Positions 39,201 to 48,667 of a stretch of 64,000 nucleotides of DNA are shown in pieces; position 1 is the first letter of the stretch; each line of letters begins with the position of its first letter. The stretch is from Giardia intestinalis (taxonomy: Eukaryota): assembly GCA_000002435.2 (NCBI GenBank), contig CM018792.1; one strand, 5' to 3'. Both the position numbers and the translations under genes were made by a program. The notes under the pieces were generated by a model. It saw nothing but the letters and a program-made list of their open reading frames with translations, did not search any database and had not been told where the DNA came from.

Positions 39201-42200
39201 AGGGTAAGCTTCAGCTATCCTGGAACAATGTTAAATGCACTGACACAAACGCAGAACACTAATAAGCAGTATCTTATTAACGTCATACATAATAAGGATC
39301 CTCCATCTCATGACCATGGCATTAAATTAAAGTGTGATAAGAATGCTCAAGGATCCCTTCCTGGATTTGACTCTAATGATATGTCATTGTTATTATATGC
39401 GTCCTCTCCATCTAGGGATTTGTTACTAGGCAAGAATACCTCGTCTTCTAGCACTCAGTTGGAATCGCCAATTAAGGCATGGAAAAGAGTCAATGAGTGC
39501 ACAATTGAGTTTGAGGTTGATGGACCCTACTCATGTATGGTTTTATCAGCAGCTAGAGAAGAGGGTGTTCGAATCAAGAAAAAGTACGCAGTCTTTGACC
39601 TTACGGGGGGCCTTTCGGAACTGAAAGGATTTGAGCTCAAAAGGAGAGGTGAGCTAAAAATTATCAAGTCATTTCAGACACGTGTTTTTTCCCAATTCCT
39701 TAAGGGTGGAACTCTGGAGGATGCATACGATCACGCAGCAAGGGTTGCAAATACGTATTTGGATATTATTTATACCAAGGGATCCTTCCTTACAGATCAG
39801 CAACTCATTACACTTATATCTGAGGCCAGTACTCTGAAAAACTCCCTCAACAGTACGCCCAAAAACCGCAAATCCACTTCTATTACATGTGCTCGCCGCA
39901 TGACCAGCTTTCTTGACCCTTTGTTCGCAAGTGTAGACGGATTAAGCGTTGAGTACATCATTAGTAAGCTCCCAGAGGGATCACCTGTTAGTGAAAGAGC
40001 TGTTCCAGTCCAGATATTCAATTCTCCCGAACATGTACGGTTCAAGTTTCTTCGACAATGGATAGGAGATCACAAAGGCGACACTGTTGCAGATATACGT
40101 GAACTTATTGACTGGGATTACTACCTAGCTAGACTGTCCGGAGCTATCTATAAGATAATAGTTGTTCCATCTGGTCTCCAAGGGATTGCAGCCTCACCAG
40201 TTCAAAGAATTGCATTTCCTGATTGGCTGGTCCAATCCCAGGCACAACTATCCACCAAGCAATTCAGTAACATTTTGCAGCAGTATTTAAAGATAGGAAG
40301 TGAAAAATCTAAGGCCGCAAAGTTAAATACACAAGCAATCGAACGCGGAAATCCTTATCCTAACGAAGAGCCTCTGTCCTCTGCTAATACTAGTAACATT
40401 CAAGAAGATGACCCCAACGAAAGTGAAGATGAGAATGATACCGTTTCAACTGGGACAGAATCCGATGACAGTAGTTGCAGCCATGAAGAAAAAGATGGTC
40501 ACGTTAGGCCGCACCTTGTCGAGAACAGGCTCGTCCACCACCCAAAAACAGCTGCAGAATTTTCACGATGGTATATGCAGCAAACCGTTTACTGGACAGA
40601 ACTTGTGGAGAAGAACATCATTGGAAGGCCGTACTATCTCTCTCACAATGTATCTCTCGGCGGTAAACATTCCATATCCCATCAATTACGTGCCAATCGT
40701 GCGATGTATGATGCCAGTAACGATTTTAAGTTACACATAGTGACCGTTACTGTTCTCCCCTCGGGAAAAGTATCGTGCTTCTGCATAAATAAGAATAGGA
40801 TAATGAAACGCATTATCTTTGGAACATCGGTACGGGTATACTTCAACCTCAAAACTGCCATTCCGCAGGATGTTATTGCTAATTATTCATCACCGACACT
40901 TACAATTGCTGATGTTACGAAAAAGAATCTGGTTCTTCCCGATATGGCTTGTTGTACTCAGCTGTTGCTGTATGAAATGAGTGCAGATACACATGCATCG
41001 GGACAGTCGTCCTTCCAAGAATTGAAAAGCAGTGTTGTTGTAACGGACGTTTACGAAGCTGATGTATCAGGGCCTTTTCGGTTCTTAATTGAGTTTCGTC
41101 ACAAGTTGGACCTTCCCGAAACATATGAAAGTAGAAGATTTCTTAACATGGGGGAAGTACCATACACATACTCAGCAAAGTATGCTAGTCAAGGATCTGC
41201 AAAGAATGGTACTGATTGGTTTTCTATTTTTCCATTTGAAAAGGATACTTCACCGTGTTACCCTGTTGGTTTTGTGGTAGAGACAAACAAGCATCTTACA
41301 AGCCTACTTCCAGATGGACGGTTGGCACTCATAACTGTTGCTACTGACATTGATCCACTTAACTTAGATATTGACGCAGAGGCAGTAGCCCCTGACGTAG
41401 CTTCTCTTTTTGCTCAGTTGCTAGAGGATTTTGTGGGACACCTTTCCACAGGGGCCACCAAACCAGGCCAGGCTACATTAGATTCAGTAGTTGCTCACAC
41501 ATTTAGGTATATCCTAAGAGTCATTAAGCAGTGTGGGGTTGAAGAAAAGGAAAGGACGTCAGGATTGAATATACAGACACTCAAGAATGCTCTCCTATTT
41601 AGAACAGCAAGAAATCCAAGTGATGCCATTGAAGCCCTTGCAGAGTTATATAGTCAAAATAGTGAGTCTGCATTATTATTCTGGAAAGCAGATTGCAAAA
41701 GTAAGAGCCGAGCCAGAAGCACGTCGACAAACATATATTTCAAAGAGCAACATTTTATCATTGATTTGCCTGAAAACCCGTGTCCGTACACAGAGATCCT
41801 AATCTCACATGACACGCATGCCCCTTACAACCAAGACGCACCAACTGAAGAGCCAAGTCTGAAGCGACCACCCGTTCTTTCTGCATGCAACTCAGAAATC
41901 ACAAGACGTTTCACTATGATGCTCCAACCCTTAGTATCTCTAATAGTTGACACAATAGTGGCTCAATATATCTCTCACATTTTCACTATTCCTATAAACC
42001 TCGTGCTAGATGAATCTGAGTTCTGTAAAGTTGTTCTTCCTCAAGATCTTCTATCTGGAACTCAAGCATCCTGTACTACTACTCTACTACTTGATACCCT
42101 TATTGCAAGAGAGTATGCCAACAACAACATGCTGCTGCCATCACGAGACCGGAAAGAATCAAGAATGTTTGCCACCGAATACACGTTGCGAAGTGGAATG

Positions 42201-43976
42201 TACCACGGTTACAGCTTGATGATTCCAGTAAGGAATACGTTTATGCAGCTTCTTATGAACTATCTTATAAAGCCTCCTGTTGTAATCGCAACGCCATCAA
42301 ATCAAACAATTAAGGCTCTCCCAGCTCGTGTAACCTCCGCGTCCCGCTTGCGCATGCTCAGCAAAACACTCAAAGGTATTGCATTTTCACAGAGCATCCC
42401 TGCGCAAGTTAAGCACCATATTTCGAGCATGATAAAAACATATCTCTTCTCCAATGTGTCTCTTTTATTTAGCAATGGAATGGTTGAAATTCTATACGAA
42501 GAACTTCACCAGTTTTACGCAACATATGACGATATCCTCGCAGAAAGCGGATACATCCTGGTGTACGCAGATGTCACGAAAAACATCATCGCGTCAGAGA
42601 AGATGGACCCAGAACTGCTTTTAAATAGTTATCGCTACTTGCTGCGTAACGTCTACTCGACGGGTCTCTTTCAGCTGTACGAACTACCATCTGTGGAGGC
42701 TGTCTGCCAGTGTTTGTGTGGATGTCCCGCCTATAGCAACGCCATCAAAGAGGCTCTAGTAATGCAACTACACAACAATACTATCATGAACATAGAGGGT
42801 TCTGTCTTCCTTTCAAAGGCAAAGGCACAAGCAAAACAAGCTTTAGAGTCCTCCCCTAGTTATGCGTTAAAATCCCCAGCCACAATAAACCCAACCTCGA
42901 AACAAGAAGAAGCGAAGACAGGAGAGGCAGCGTTCTGTTTTAACTCAAATATACCACAAATTACAGTAATACGCCATCTGGCGTTCATAGATATTGCAAA
43001 CTACTTTGGATACTCGTGCAACCTAGACCATGTGATAGGTCATTTTAGTGCTCAAGAGCCACTACCAAAGGAGCTTAGATACATCTTCCAGCTAGCTGCA
43101 TCTGCGTACTCTCTAATCATGAACGACAGTATAAGCAAGAGCGCTAAATCTGTCTCCTCGGCAAATGGAGAACTGAAAAGCAGTGGAACGAGATTCATTG
43201 AGTTTCTTCAAAAATGCGTTTTTGACATGGCGCCCTTTACTAAGGACGAGCAGGCTGTCTTCATGGGCAAATTAGTTGCTCTACAAGCAAATGCTAAGAT
43301 CCGCGAAACGCTACATACACTGGCAGATCTATTTCACATCTATTATATTAAAAACATAACTCAGTGGCCTCAGAAAGTAACGCACATGTACGCACAAGCA
43401 GGAATGTCGAAGTTGTTAGATAGTCTATCACCTGGGATATACTTTGTTAGAACATTTCTGTACATTTTTTCACTAGATGAACGAATCAGAGATGTGACTA
43501 GGTCGTTCTGCTGGGGGATTTTGCCCGGAATAGGAGTATATAGTCCCCTAGACACCAGAATAAAGTACGAAGAATTATTCCAGGAATATAATGTGTCGAA
43601 CATTCTGTGTGACGCATGCAAACAACTAAACCGCCTGGATGTTATGCGTAATAAGGCGTTCTACTGTTTCTCCTGCGGAGGCGTTATAGAAAGTAGCGTG
43701 CTTGAGAGAGGCTTAAGTAGGCAGTTATCACAACTGGTAACCGATTACTTTTCTCGGCAAAGCACATCAAGAACCGTGATAATTCATAAACACAATAATC
43801 TAGACAAAAATGAGGAAGAAATGCTTCTTGACCGTGTAACAAATGAAATAGGAATGATATTATTGGCATCTCAGGTTCATGATATGGTTGATCTCTTTGA
43901 AATGTGCACGTGGTGGAGCCAACAGCTTAATTATCACAACAGACAATTTAGTTTTGCGACGGTGGGGAAACAATAG
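36204..43976 (+). CDS. POLE: DNA polymerase epsilon catalytic subunit A.
   Basis: Exo I is YDIETTKKPLRFPNAEAGDQIMCISYM, and ...NGDFFDWPF follows. Pol motif A is LDVAAMYPNIMLTNKLQP, NSFYGYAMRKGSRWYS is present, and motif C is ELDTDGIWC. C-terminal Cys clusters are present (CDACKQL...CFSCGG). The true ATG at 36204 is preceded by aataaacggaaaaATG. Length is 2590 aa. Confidence 0.9.
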   Translation: MASRKPSEQPRTGTEQIKEQLLAIERADALYGCYRTTTPGVYRGWLYNLYETVLFGDPNEARIPSAQSPPLYAAVECYFMTAALDLFKIIIPVKPYFYIQAPVENYLFIQERLLLHYPDLHIEMTLIERNDLSVQNHIANDGIAHLRLSFDNLTNLRTVSTALLGLLRQKELSAVGDIYNKAGIARITPNTDIKSIPRTLKSLVDYIGNVLEHDVNLTARFLIDNELTMSTWYSVTVKPELETPLLERLEGGEFELPPVPKVLAYDIETTKKPLRFPNAEAGDQIMCISYMFDDQGYLLINRSIFSRDITDFEYTPKPEFPGKFACFNLPTEKDLLIFFFTHIRTARPNIFATFNGDFFDWPFVDVRAAAYGMDLLDEIGVLKSESTSRAGLVEKQYYARAVPHLDCFRWVRRDSYLPQGSQGLKAVTRAKLKYHPDELSPELMVSYAQTDPQVLASYSVSDAVATYYLYRKYVHPFIFALGTILPLNPDDILRRGTGTLCEHLLMVEAYQANVPFPNKHNDPLLQVVFDANKEKRILLNQTYVGGKVEAINAGVYRNDIAYDFGYYSEAFKTRRFEGYGYLLRYIDRDLIIQLNVSKVCNEHTSAYQSVLNILEEISLEQKTIESICKKDSHASATELCFYKTPNKNIIWLPDTWTKARERLKERLSKPFESYGNHVDNLIRHVETTICSNYSEVRNYIIEGLVACSNTVTSKPLLYHLDVAAMYPNIMLTNKLQPTAIVDPNTTCASCDFSTIKEAQVCQRIMEWDWRGSYYPLDFSEYLMIKNQTISQIGADRWMHALTESEKARLLHERLETYSKSQYKLKQKTEEMRRKTIVCQRENSFFIDTVRKFRDRRYRFKREQKDHSLKLSKAKKQLTELMEAGLEASEDAQNLRREIDSQTGLIVLKESLQLAHKCILNSFYGYAMRKGSRWYSLEMAAAVTHAGATIIKRARTLIEMIGFVLELDTDGIWCCLPSSFPETCTFTIIDPGNTDAQSSRRVSFSYPGTMLNALTQTQNTNKQYLINVIHNKDPPSHDHGIKLKCDKNAQGSLPGFDSNDMSLLLYASSPSRDLLLGKNTSSSSTQLESPIKAWKRVNECTIEFEVDGPYSCMVLSAAREEGVRIKKKYAVFDLTGGLSELKGFELKRRGELKIIKSFQTRVFSQFLKGGTLEDAYDHAARVANTYLDIIYTKGSFLTDQQLITLISEASTLKNSLNSTPKNRKSTSITCARRMTSFLDPLFASVDGLSVEYIISKLPEGSPVSERAVPVQIFNSPEHVRFKFLRQWIGDHKGDTVADIRELIDWDYYLARLSGAIYKIIVVPSGLQGIAASPVQRIAFPDWLVQSQAQLSTKQFSNILQQYLKIGSEKSKAAKLNTQAIERGNPYPNEEPLSSANTSNIQEDDPNESEDENDTVSTGTESDDSSCSHEEKDGHVRPHLVENRLVHHPKTAAEFSRWYMQQTVYWTELVEKNIIGRPYYLSHNVSLGGKHSISHQLRANRAMYDASNDFKLHIVTVTVLPSGKVSCFCINKNRIMKRIIFGTSVRVYFNLKTAIPQDVIANYSSPTLTIADVTKKNLVLPDMACCTQLLLYEMSADTHASGQSSFQELKSSVVVTDVYEADVSGPFRFLIEFRHKLDLPETYESRRFLNMGEVPYTYSAKYASQGSAKNGTDWFSIFPFEKDTSPCYPVGFVVETNKHLTSLLPDGRLALITVATDIDPLNLDIDAEAVAPDVASLFAQLLEDFVGHLSTGATKPGQATLDSVVAHTFRYILRVIKQCGVEEKERTSGLNIQTLKNALLFRTARNPSDAIEALAELYSQNSESALLFWKADCKSKSRARSTSTNIYFKEQHFIIDLPENPCPYTEILISHDTHAPYNQDAPTEEPSLKRPPVLSACNSEITRRFTMMLQPLVSLIVDTIVAQYISHIFTIPINLVLDESEFCKVVLPQDLLSGTQASCTTTLLLDTLIAREYANNNMLLPSRDRKESRMFATEYTLRSGMYHGYSLMIPVRNTFMQLLMNYLIKPPVVIATPSNQTIKALPARVTSASRLRMLSKTLKGIAFSQSIPAQVKHHISSMIKTYLFSNVSLLFSNGMVEILYEELHQFYATYDDILAESGYILVYADVTKNIIASEKMDPELLLNSYRYLLRNVYSTGLFQLYELPSVEAVCQCLCGCPAYSNAIKEALVMQLHNNTIMNIEGSVFLSKAKAQAKQALESSPSYALKSPATINPTSKQEEAKTGEAAFCFNSNIPQITVIRHLAFIDIANYFGYSCNLDHVIGHFSAQEPLPKELRYIFQLAASAYSLIMNDSISKSAKSVSSANGELKSSGTRFIEFLQKCVFDMAPFTKDEQAVFMGKLVALQANAKIRETLHTLADLFHIYYIKNITQWPQKVTHMYAQAGMSKLLDSLSPGIYFVRTFLYIFSLDERIRDVTRSFCWGILPGIGVYSPLDTRIKYEELFQEYNVSNILCDACKQLNRLDVMRNKAFYCFSCGGVIESSVLERGLSRQLSQLVTDYFSRQSTSRTVIIHKHNNLDKNEEEMLLDRVTNEIGMILLASQVHDMVDLFEMCTWWSQQLNYHNRQFSFATVGKQ

Positions 43977-44313
43977 ACAAAACCAGATTTTCACGCTCTG
44001 TGGCTATTGTCGTGCCATTATGGAATGCTAGGTACGCTTGCTGAGCATGTGATGCCAATAAGGTCGCAGAGGCAGCAAATCGTCGTATTGCAACAGTATT
44101 TTCCCGACTAATTATACTGTTTTCCAGCCCCAGGTCAACCCCATAGAGCCAGCTAGCGAAGCTCGTGGCCAGATGCTCGTCGTTCATCTATAACTTAGGT
44201 TCTAAATTGATTTTATTCGTCATGTTTTACAAGGAAGAAGCAAGTCACGCTAATTATGCAATTAATTCACTTGTTGCTTTGCAAACACTACAACTTGTAG
44301 TATGATACCGGCG

Positions 44314-45510
44314 TTATTTGTCGTCATATTCAATCCCAGGTCCAGCTGGAGGCGGCCCTTGACGCCCTGTTCTAGTAAACGCCCCGGAGCGGGCCTGGAG
44401 CGCGATTGCGCGGCGCGCGTCTGCGGCGGCGCCTCTGAAGAGCCCGCGCTCGGCGGCGTTGTGGGAGCCACAGCCCGGGCAGCGGTAGAGGTGGTGGCGC
44501 CGGGCGACAAAGAGCCCGCCGCACTCGTGGCATGCGCAGTCGACGAAGACGCCCCGGTACTCGGGCGGGACCGCAAGCGATCCCCGGAGCTCCTCCAGGC
44601 GCGCCTCGTAGAGCTCCCTGTCCTGCCCGAAGAGGACGAGCCGGCGGCAGACCGGGCACTTGTAGTTCGCCCCACCCAGGCGAAAGACGGCCTCGTAGCA
44701 GTGGCGGTGGCACGAGTGGCGCCCGCAGGGAAGGACGATGTACGGGTAGATGTTGTCCCGGAGGCCGTCGAGGCAGTAGACGCAGTTCCCGGGGTCCGGC
44801 GCGCACGCGTGAACCTGGCCAAGGGCGACTGTGTGGCATGTCCCGCAACGCTCGCAGTGCTCCGAGTACCCCGGAAGGCCCTGCCGGCACGTCCCGCAGC
44901 GGGCGCAGTGGAAGCTCGGACGCCCCTCGCGGCCCATTCCGCAGATGAGGCGACACGTCTCGCAGTAGCGCGTCCCGAAGGGCATCTGGCAGTGTGTGCA
45001 GCGGAGCCCGATGGGGCCGGTGGCGCGGCAGAAGAGACAGAAGACCTCTGCCGTGCGGGTCCGCGGGAACTCGTGGTCGTCGTGGGAGGCATCGTGGCAG
45101 AAGCGGCATAGAGAGCGCTCTCCGCAGACTGCGCAGTAGAGGAGGCAGCCCCGGACATAGTGTGGGCAGCCCACGGAGAGGCCCTGCTTGTGTGCGGCAT
45201 AGAGGTAGTGCGAGGCAGGGAGCGCCGGGTCCCGGGCGACCCGGCCGGCGCCCGCTGCGACCCGGATCGCGTAGGGCAGGGCGGGATCGTACGCCTCGAG
45301 CAGGCAGACGGGCTCTGCGACCTCCTCCCAGGAGCCCTGCAGCCCGCGGCCAGAGCCCTCGAGGATCGCCGAGATAAACGTCTTGCGCGGGCACCGCTGG
45401 CTCGGCTCGGCAGGATCGCCGCCGGGAGGGACGGTAAAGAGGGTGGTCAGGAGGACGCAGATTCGGGAGTCCGTAGGAACGCGTTCGACATCTGAAGCGC
45501 TATAGAGCAT
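44314..45510 (-). CDS. RING finger and CHY zinc-finger E3 ubiquitin ligase (Pirh2/RCHY1-like).
   Basis: The CHY finger is CPHYVRGCLLYCAVCGERSLCRFCHD, and a CTCHC-like zinc region follows. The RING-H2 is CVYCLDGLRD...LPCGHSCHRHCY...CPVCRR. A C-terminal zinc ribbon CHECGG...CPGCGSHN is present. True ATG at 45510. It lies in GC-rich DNA. Confidence 0.85.
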   Translation of the reverse strand: MLYSASDVERVPTDSRICVLLTTLFTVPPGGDPAEPSQRCPRKTFISAILEGSGRGLQGSWEEVAEPVCLLEAYDPALPYAIRVAAGAGRVARDPALPASHYLYAAHKQGLSVGCPHYVRGCLLYCAVCGERSLCRFCHDASHDDHEFPRTRTAEVFCLFCRATGPIGLRCTHCQMPFGTRYCETCRLICGMGREGRPSFHCARCGTCRQGLPGYSEHCERCGTCHTVALGQVHACAPDPGNCVYCLDGLRDNIYPYIVLPCGRHSCHRHCYEAVFRLGGANYKCPVCRRLVLFGQDRELYEARLEELRGSLAVPPEYRGVFVDCACHECGGLFVARRHHLYRCPGCGSHNAAERGLFRGAAADARRAIALQARSGAFTRTGRQGPPPAGPGIEYDDK

Positions 45511-45544
45511 CTTTTTGCAGGCGCGCAGGGAACGGCGCAGGGAA

Positions 45545-46494
45545 TCACAGGGGAAGGCGGACGTCTCCGAGAACCACCGTCGTCACGGTGTGCGAGTGCC
45601 CGTTGTAGGCGTAGACATACTTGTCGGTCGGGTCGCCCGCGATGTTCCAGAGCTTCGCGCTCTTGTCTGCGGCCGTGATGATGCACGCCGAGTCCGCACT
45701 AAAGGCGCTCGCCCAGACCGTGGCCTCGTTTGTCCCCAGCACGCGGGCGCGCGTCAGATAGCAGTCCTCCTCAAGAGCAACGGACCAGATCTTGCAAGTC
45801 TTGTCGGCGCTGCACGTCGCCAGGACGGCCCCGTCCGGAGAGAGGTTGACGTGCATCACGGCATCCAAGTGCGCCTGGATGGACTGCTGAGGCGCGAAGA
45901 AGTGGCTGCTGCCCTTGTAGGCGTAGACGCGGACGATGCCCCGCCCGTCAGAGCACGCGAGGATTTGAGCCCCCGGGGCGCAGCTGACCGAACGGACGCC
46001 GACGTCGCACTCGAACGCGACCGTCGTTGCGAAGGGGTGCCGGGGCTGGCGCAGATCGTACGCAAGCAGGCGACCCTCCTGATCTCCCGTGACGAGGAGC
46101 GCCGCATCCCCCCGGTCGCACGCGACAGAGAGCGTGTTGAGGGCCGCGTCGTGGACGATGCAGCTAGTCTGCTTCCCCCCGCGGGTGTCGAAGAGCAGAA
46201 GGCGTCCGTCCTCGCCCACGCTGGCGACGGTCGAGTCGCCCTGGAGAAAGCAGCATCCTGTGACGTTGGAGAGGTGTCCGTCGAAGGCGGCGACTGGGTC
46301 CCGCCCGGCAGAGCCGAGGTCATAAACGGTCGTGGCGGAGAACCCGGCTGCAAGCAGGACTTTCCGGTCCGCGCTGAGGGCCAGCCCGTTGGCGACCTTT
46401 CCGAAGTTCAGCGTGCGGAGCGCACTTTCAGAGGTCGGCCGCCAGAGCTTGATCGACCCGTCGTAGCTCCCCGTGGCAATGACGACCTCTTCCA
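45545..46494 (-). CDS. LST8: LST8-like 7-bladed WD40 protein (TOR complex subunit homolog).
   Basis: Collinear with LST8: VVIATGSYDGSIKLW; LLAAGFSATTVYDLGSAGRDPVAAFDGH...VGEDGRLLLFDTRG; ATCSADKTCKIWSV; ITAADKSAKLWNI. The start is taken at the internal MEEVVIATG ATG, about 46492-46495 (my coordinate is +/-2). The 250 upstream codons of the track ORF are GC-rich open frame. The initiator agtcaaaaaATG abuts the upstream gene's stop. Confidence 0.8.
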
Positions 46495-46502
46495 TTTTTT
46501 GA

Positions 46503-47843
46503 CTAGAAGCGTCTCTGAGGGTCGAAGCTTGGAAGCAGCGTGGCCAACAGCAGGAGCACAAGCCTTGCGGCGCTGTGCATGCGGGGCCCCTGGGGCTGCG
46601 GAAGATTGATGTTCGCCTCCTCGAGGAGCTTGAAGACAGCCGGGGCTTGCGCGACCCTCCGGTAGCCCCCATGGGCCCGCTGCTCGCAGTCCTCGCGGAA
46701 GAAGTCGTCGAAGAACGCGTGGTAGAGGACGCCCTCGGCCCCCACGGGGTCTGCAGACTTGATGAACTCGACGATTGGCGCGGGCGGCAGGAAGTTCGCG
46801 GTGCTGTAGATGAGGGCCTTGGCGGCGTACGTGACGACGTAGGTCTTCCAGTAGAGGGCGGCCAGGGCGGCGAGGCTGGGAACGCTCGCGAGCTGAAAGA
46901 TGTAGATGACGCAGACGGTCCAGAACGTCGAGAGGACGTGGACGGCGAAGCCGATGGGGGAGACACGGACTGCCAGGAGCAGGTCTGGAGACAGGAGCAG
47001 CGGCCAGGGGGCGGCAAGTCGAGTGGCCACGGCGAGGTGATGGAGGGCGCGCCCGACGGCCACGAGAGGAAGGAGGAGCGTGTAGAGCGTGCTTCCGGCC
47101 CGCACGTACAGCCCGACCTCAAGAAACTGGCGGCGCGAAAACAGCCGGCGAGACTCCTGGCCACCCGAGGGCGTGATCGGGGGCATCTGGACGACGCGCA
47201 CAAAGAACGGCCCCTGGACCCCGGATCGCTGCAGAAACGTGCCGTAGTGCTGCGCAAGGACGCCCATGGGAAGGACCCAGGGAGCCGGATGAAGGCCCCG
47301 GAGGGTGCGGCAGACAGCCAGCGCCGGGTCCTCCAAGGGGCCGCCCAGAAGGTCTGCGGGGTCCAGACTGGCGCGCGTTGACCCTCGGAGGTCTGCTGCG
47401 GCGTACCCGATGTCCCGACAGCGGGCGCTTGCCTCGGGGGCGGCAGCCAGCCCGGGACCTCCAGGCTGTGCCAGGGGGTGGGTGTATCGGAGCCGGGTGA
47501 CGTGCTGCTTCACAACAAGGAAGAACGTGAGGAGCTCGGCGTCGCCCCGGACACGCGTCTGGACACGCCGGAGGTCTTCAAGGGTCAAGTGGAGCGGGGG
47601 GAGCCACTGGAGGAGGTTACGGCGAGACCTGGTGACGACCTGGTAGAGCTCGCAGCAATCATAGTCGGGGAGGGGCGTGGGTGCCGCAGCGGGCCCTGGG
47701 GGCTCGAGCAGGGAAAGGTTGGCCAGGGCTGCAAAGACAACCTCCCGGAGGCCCAGCTGGCCGTGGAGTGTCAGAAGCAGCGCCCGAATGCGTCCCCGGT
47801 GGGCTGTGAGGATGGCCGTCGGGATGCCATCGCTGATAGGCAT
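46503..47843 (-). CDS. Hypothetical membrane protein, 446 aa.
   Basis: True ATG at 47843 with atcaaaattataaATG upstream. Several hydrophobic helices are present (VHVLSTFWTVCVIYIFQLASVPSLAALAALYW). It lies in the GC-rich island. Confidence 0.5.
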   Translation of the reverse strand: MPISDGIPTAILTAHRGRIRALLLTLHGQLGLREVVFAALANLSLLEPPGPAAAPTPLPDYDCCELYQVVTRSRRNLLQWLPPLHLTLEDLRRVQTRVRGDAELLTFFLVVKQHVTRLRYTHPLAQPGGPGLAAAPEASARCRDIGYAAADLRGSTRASLDPADLLGGPLEDPALAVCRTLRGLHPAPWVLPMGVLAQHYGTFLQRSGVQGPFFVRVVQMPPITPSGGQESRRLFSRRQFLEVGLYVRAGSTLYTLLLPLVAVGRALHHLAVATRLAAPWPLLLSPDLLLAVRVSPIGFAVHVLSTFWTVCVIYIFQLASVPSLAALAALYWKTYVVTYAAKALIYSTANFLPPAPIVEFIKSADPVGAEGVLYHAFFDDFFREDCEQRAHGGYRRVAQAPAVFKLLEEANINLPQPQGPRMHSAARLVLLLLATLLPSFDPQRRF

Positions 47844-47854
47844 TTATAATTTTG
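47844..47854. promoter_or_regulatory. 11-bp AT-rich spacer (TTTATAATTTTG) between divergent start codons.
   Basis: CAT 47841-47843 and ATG 47855-47857 flank it. It is the only AT-rich sequence within several hundred bp of GC-rich DNA. Confidence 0.45.
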
Positions 47855-48667
47855 ATGCCCCCCGGCATGCAACCTGACGACCCCCCGGCACGGCCAGCGG
47901 GATGCTGCCACAGGTTCGGAGCTGCGCTTCTCGCGATGCCCCGGTGTGCACTCTGCCTTCTTGCCCTCGAGCTGCTCGCCGGCCTTTCCCTGTCGCTGGC
48001 CTCGCTGGCGGGGGGCTTCCAGGCTGCAATCTGGCTCTCCATCAATATGGAGCGTGCATACAAGGACCTGGAGCTCTGGCGGCTGGTCAGCGCCCCTGTT
48101 CTCCCGGAGTCCGTCTTCCAGGGAGCCCTCTTCGCCTTGATCGGCTGGAACTCTGCGTTCCTACTGGAGCGGACCGTCGGCTGGAAGGTTTTTCTCGGGC
48201 TCCTCGCCTTTGCGGTCCCCTGCGTCTCCCTTCTGACGTCGGCCCTCACGGCCCTCCTCGCCCTCACCCCCGGCCTCCGGGACGTCCCGTACTTCGCCGC
48301 CCAGTGGACAAGCAATGCGAACATGGGGCCCGGACCCCTGCTGGTATTCCTGACGATTATGGGGATCCGGCTGTCCGGGCATAAGTCGTTCACTTGCTGC
48401 TTCCGGTGCCCCATCCCGGCGTGGGGCGTCATCCTCGTCACCGTCCTCATGGCCCAGGTGATGCTCTATCCCCCCTGGGAGGGCGTTCCCTACACGCTCT
48501 CGGGCGTCGTCGCAGCGTATGTCCTGCCGCGAAGAGCCTTCAGGAGGCCTTTGTCCCCGGAGGACGAGGCTCTCGTGGCCAGCGAGGACGGGCCCGAGGA
48601 CGTCCGGCCTACAGAGACACTTCCGCCTCCTGCCGAGGAGTTCCGGGGCCGGGGGAGGAGCCTGTGA
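47855..48667 (+). CDS. Rhomboid/derlin-superfamily polytopic membrane protein, probably catalytically inactive.
   Basis: ELWRLVSAPVLPESVF...LFALIGWNSAFLLERTVGWKVFLGLL matches the WRL...FLH...N...G..LE..G..FL architecture of rhomboid/derlin TM1-3. I see no clear GxSG. The track start 47852 is TTG and the ATG is at 47855. Confidence 0.5.
   Translation: MPPGMQPDDPPARPAGCCHRFGAALLAMPRCALCLLALELLAGLSLSLASLAGGFQAAIWLSINMERAYKDLELWRLVSAPVLPESVFQGALFALIGWNSAFLLERTVGWKVFLGLLAFAVPCVSLLTSALTALLALTPGLRDVPYFAAQWTSNANMGPGPLLVFLTIMGIRLSGHKSFTCCFRCPIPAWGVILVTVLMAQVMLYPPWEGVPYTLSGVVAAYVLPRRAFRRPLSPEDEALVASEDGPEDVRPTETLPPPAEEFRGRGRSL

Noticed and set aside
43948-44187. 79-aa minus ORF in the POLE 3' flank.
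   Set aside because: It overlaps the POLE stop, with no AT-rich initiator and no similarity. It is probably non-coding 3' UTR.
44262-45394. Overlapping ORFs 44262..45200(-), 44372..45394(-), 44302..45111(+), 44532..44948(+) and 44994..45377(+) across the RCHY1-like gene.
   Set aside because: These are alternate or antisense frames of a GC-rich gene. Their translations are Arg/Pro/Ala/Gly/Ser low-complexity. Only the 44314..45510 frame has CHY/RING zinc-finger architecture.
45515-47381. Plus-strand ORFs 45515..46609 (364 aa) and 46575..47381 (268 aa) antisense to LST8 and the membrane-protein gene, plus the first 250 codons of track ORF 45545..47257.
   Set aside because: These are GC-rich open frames with no start-codon context and no domains. 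LST8 homology begins only at the internal MEEVVIATG.
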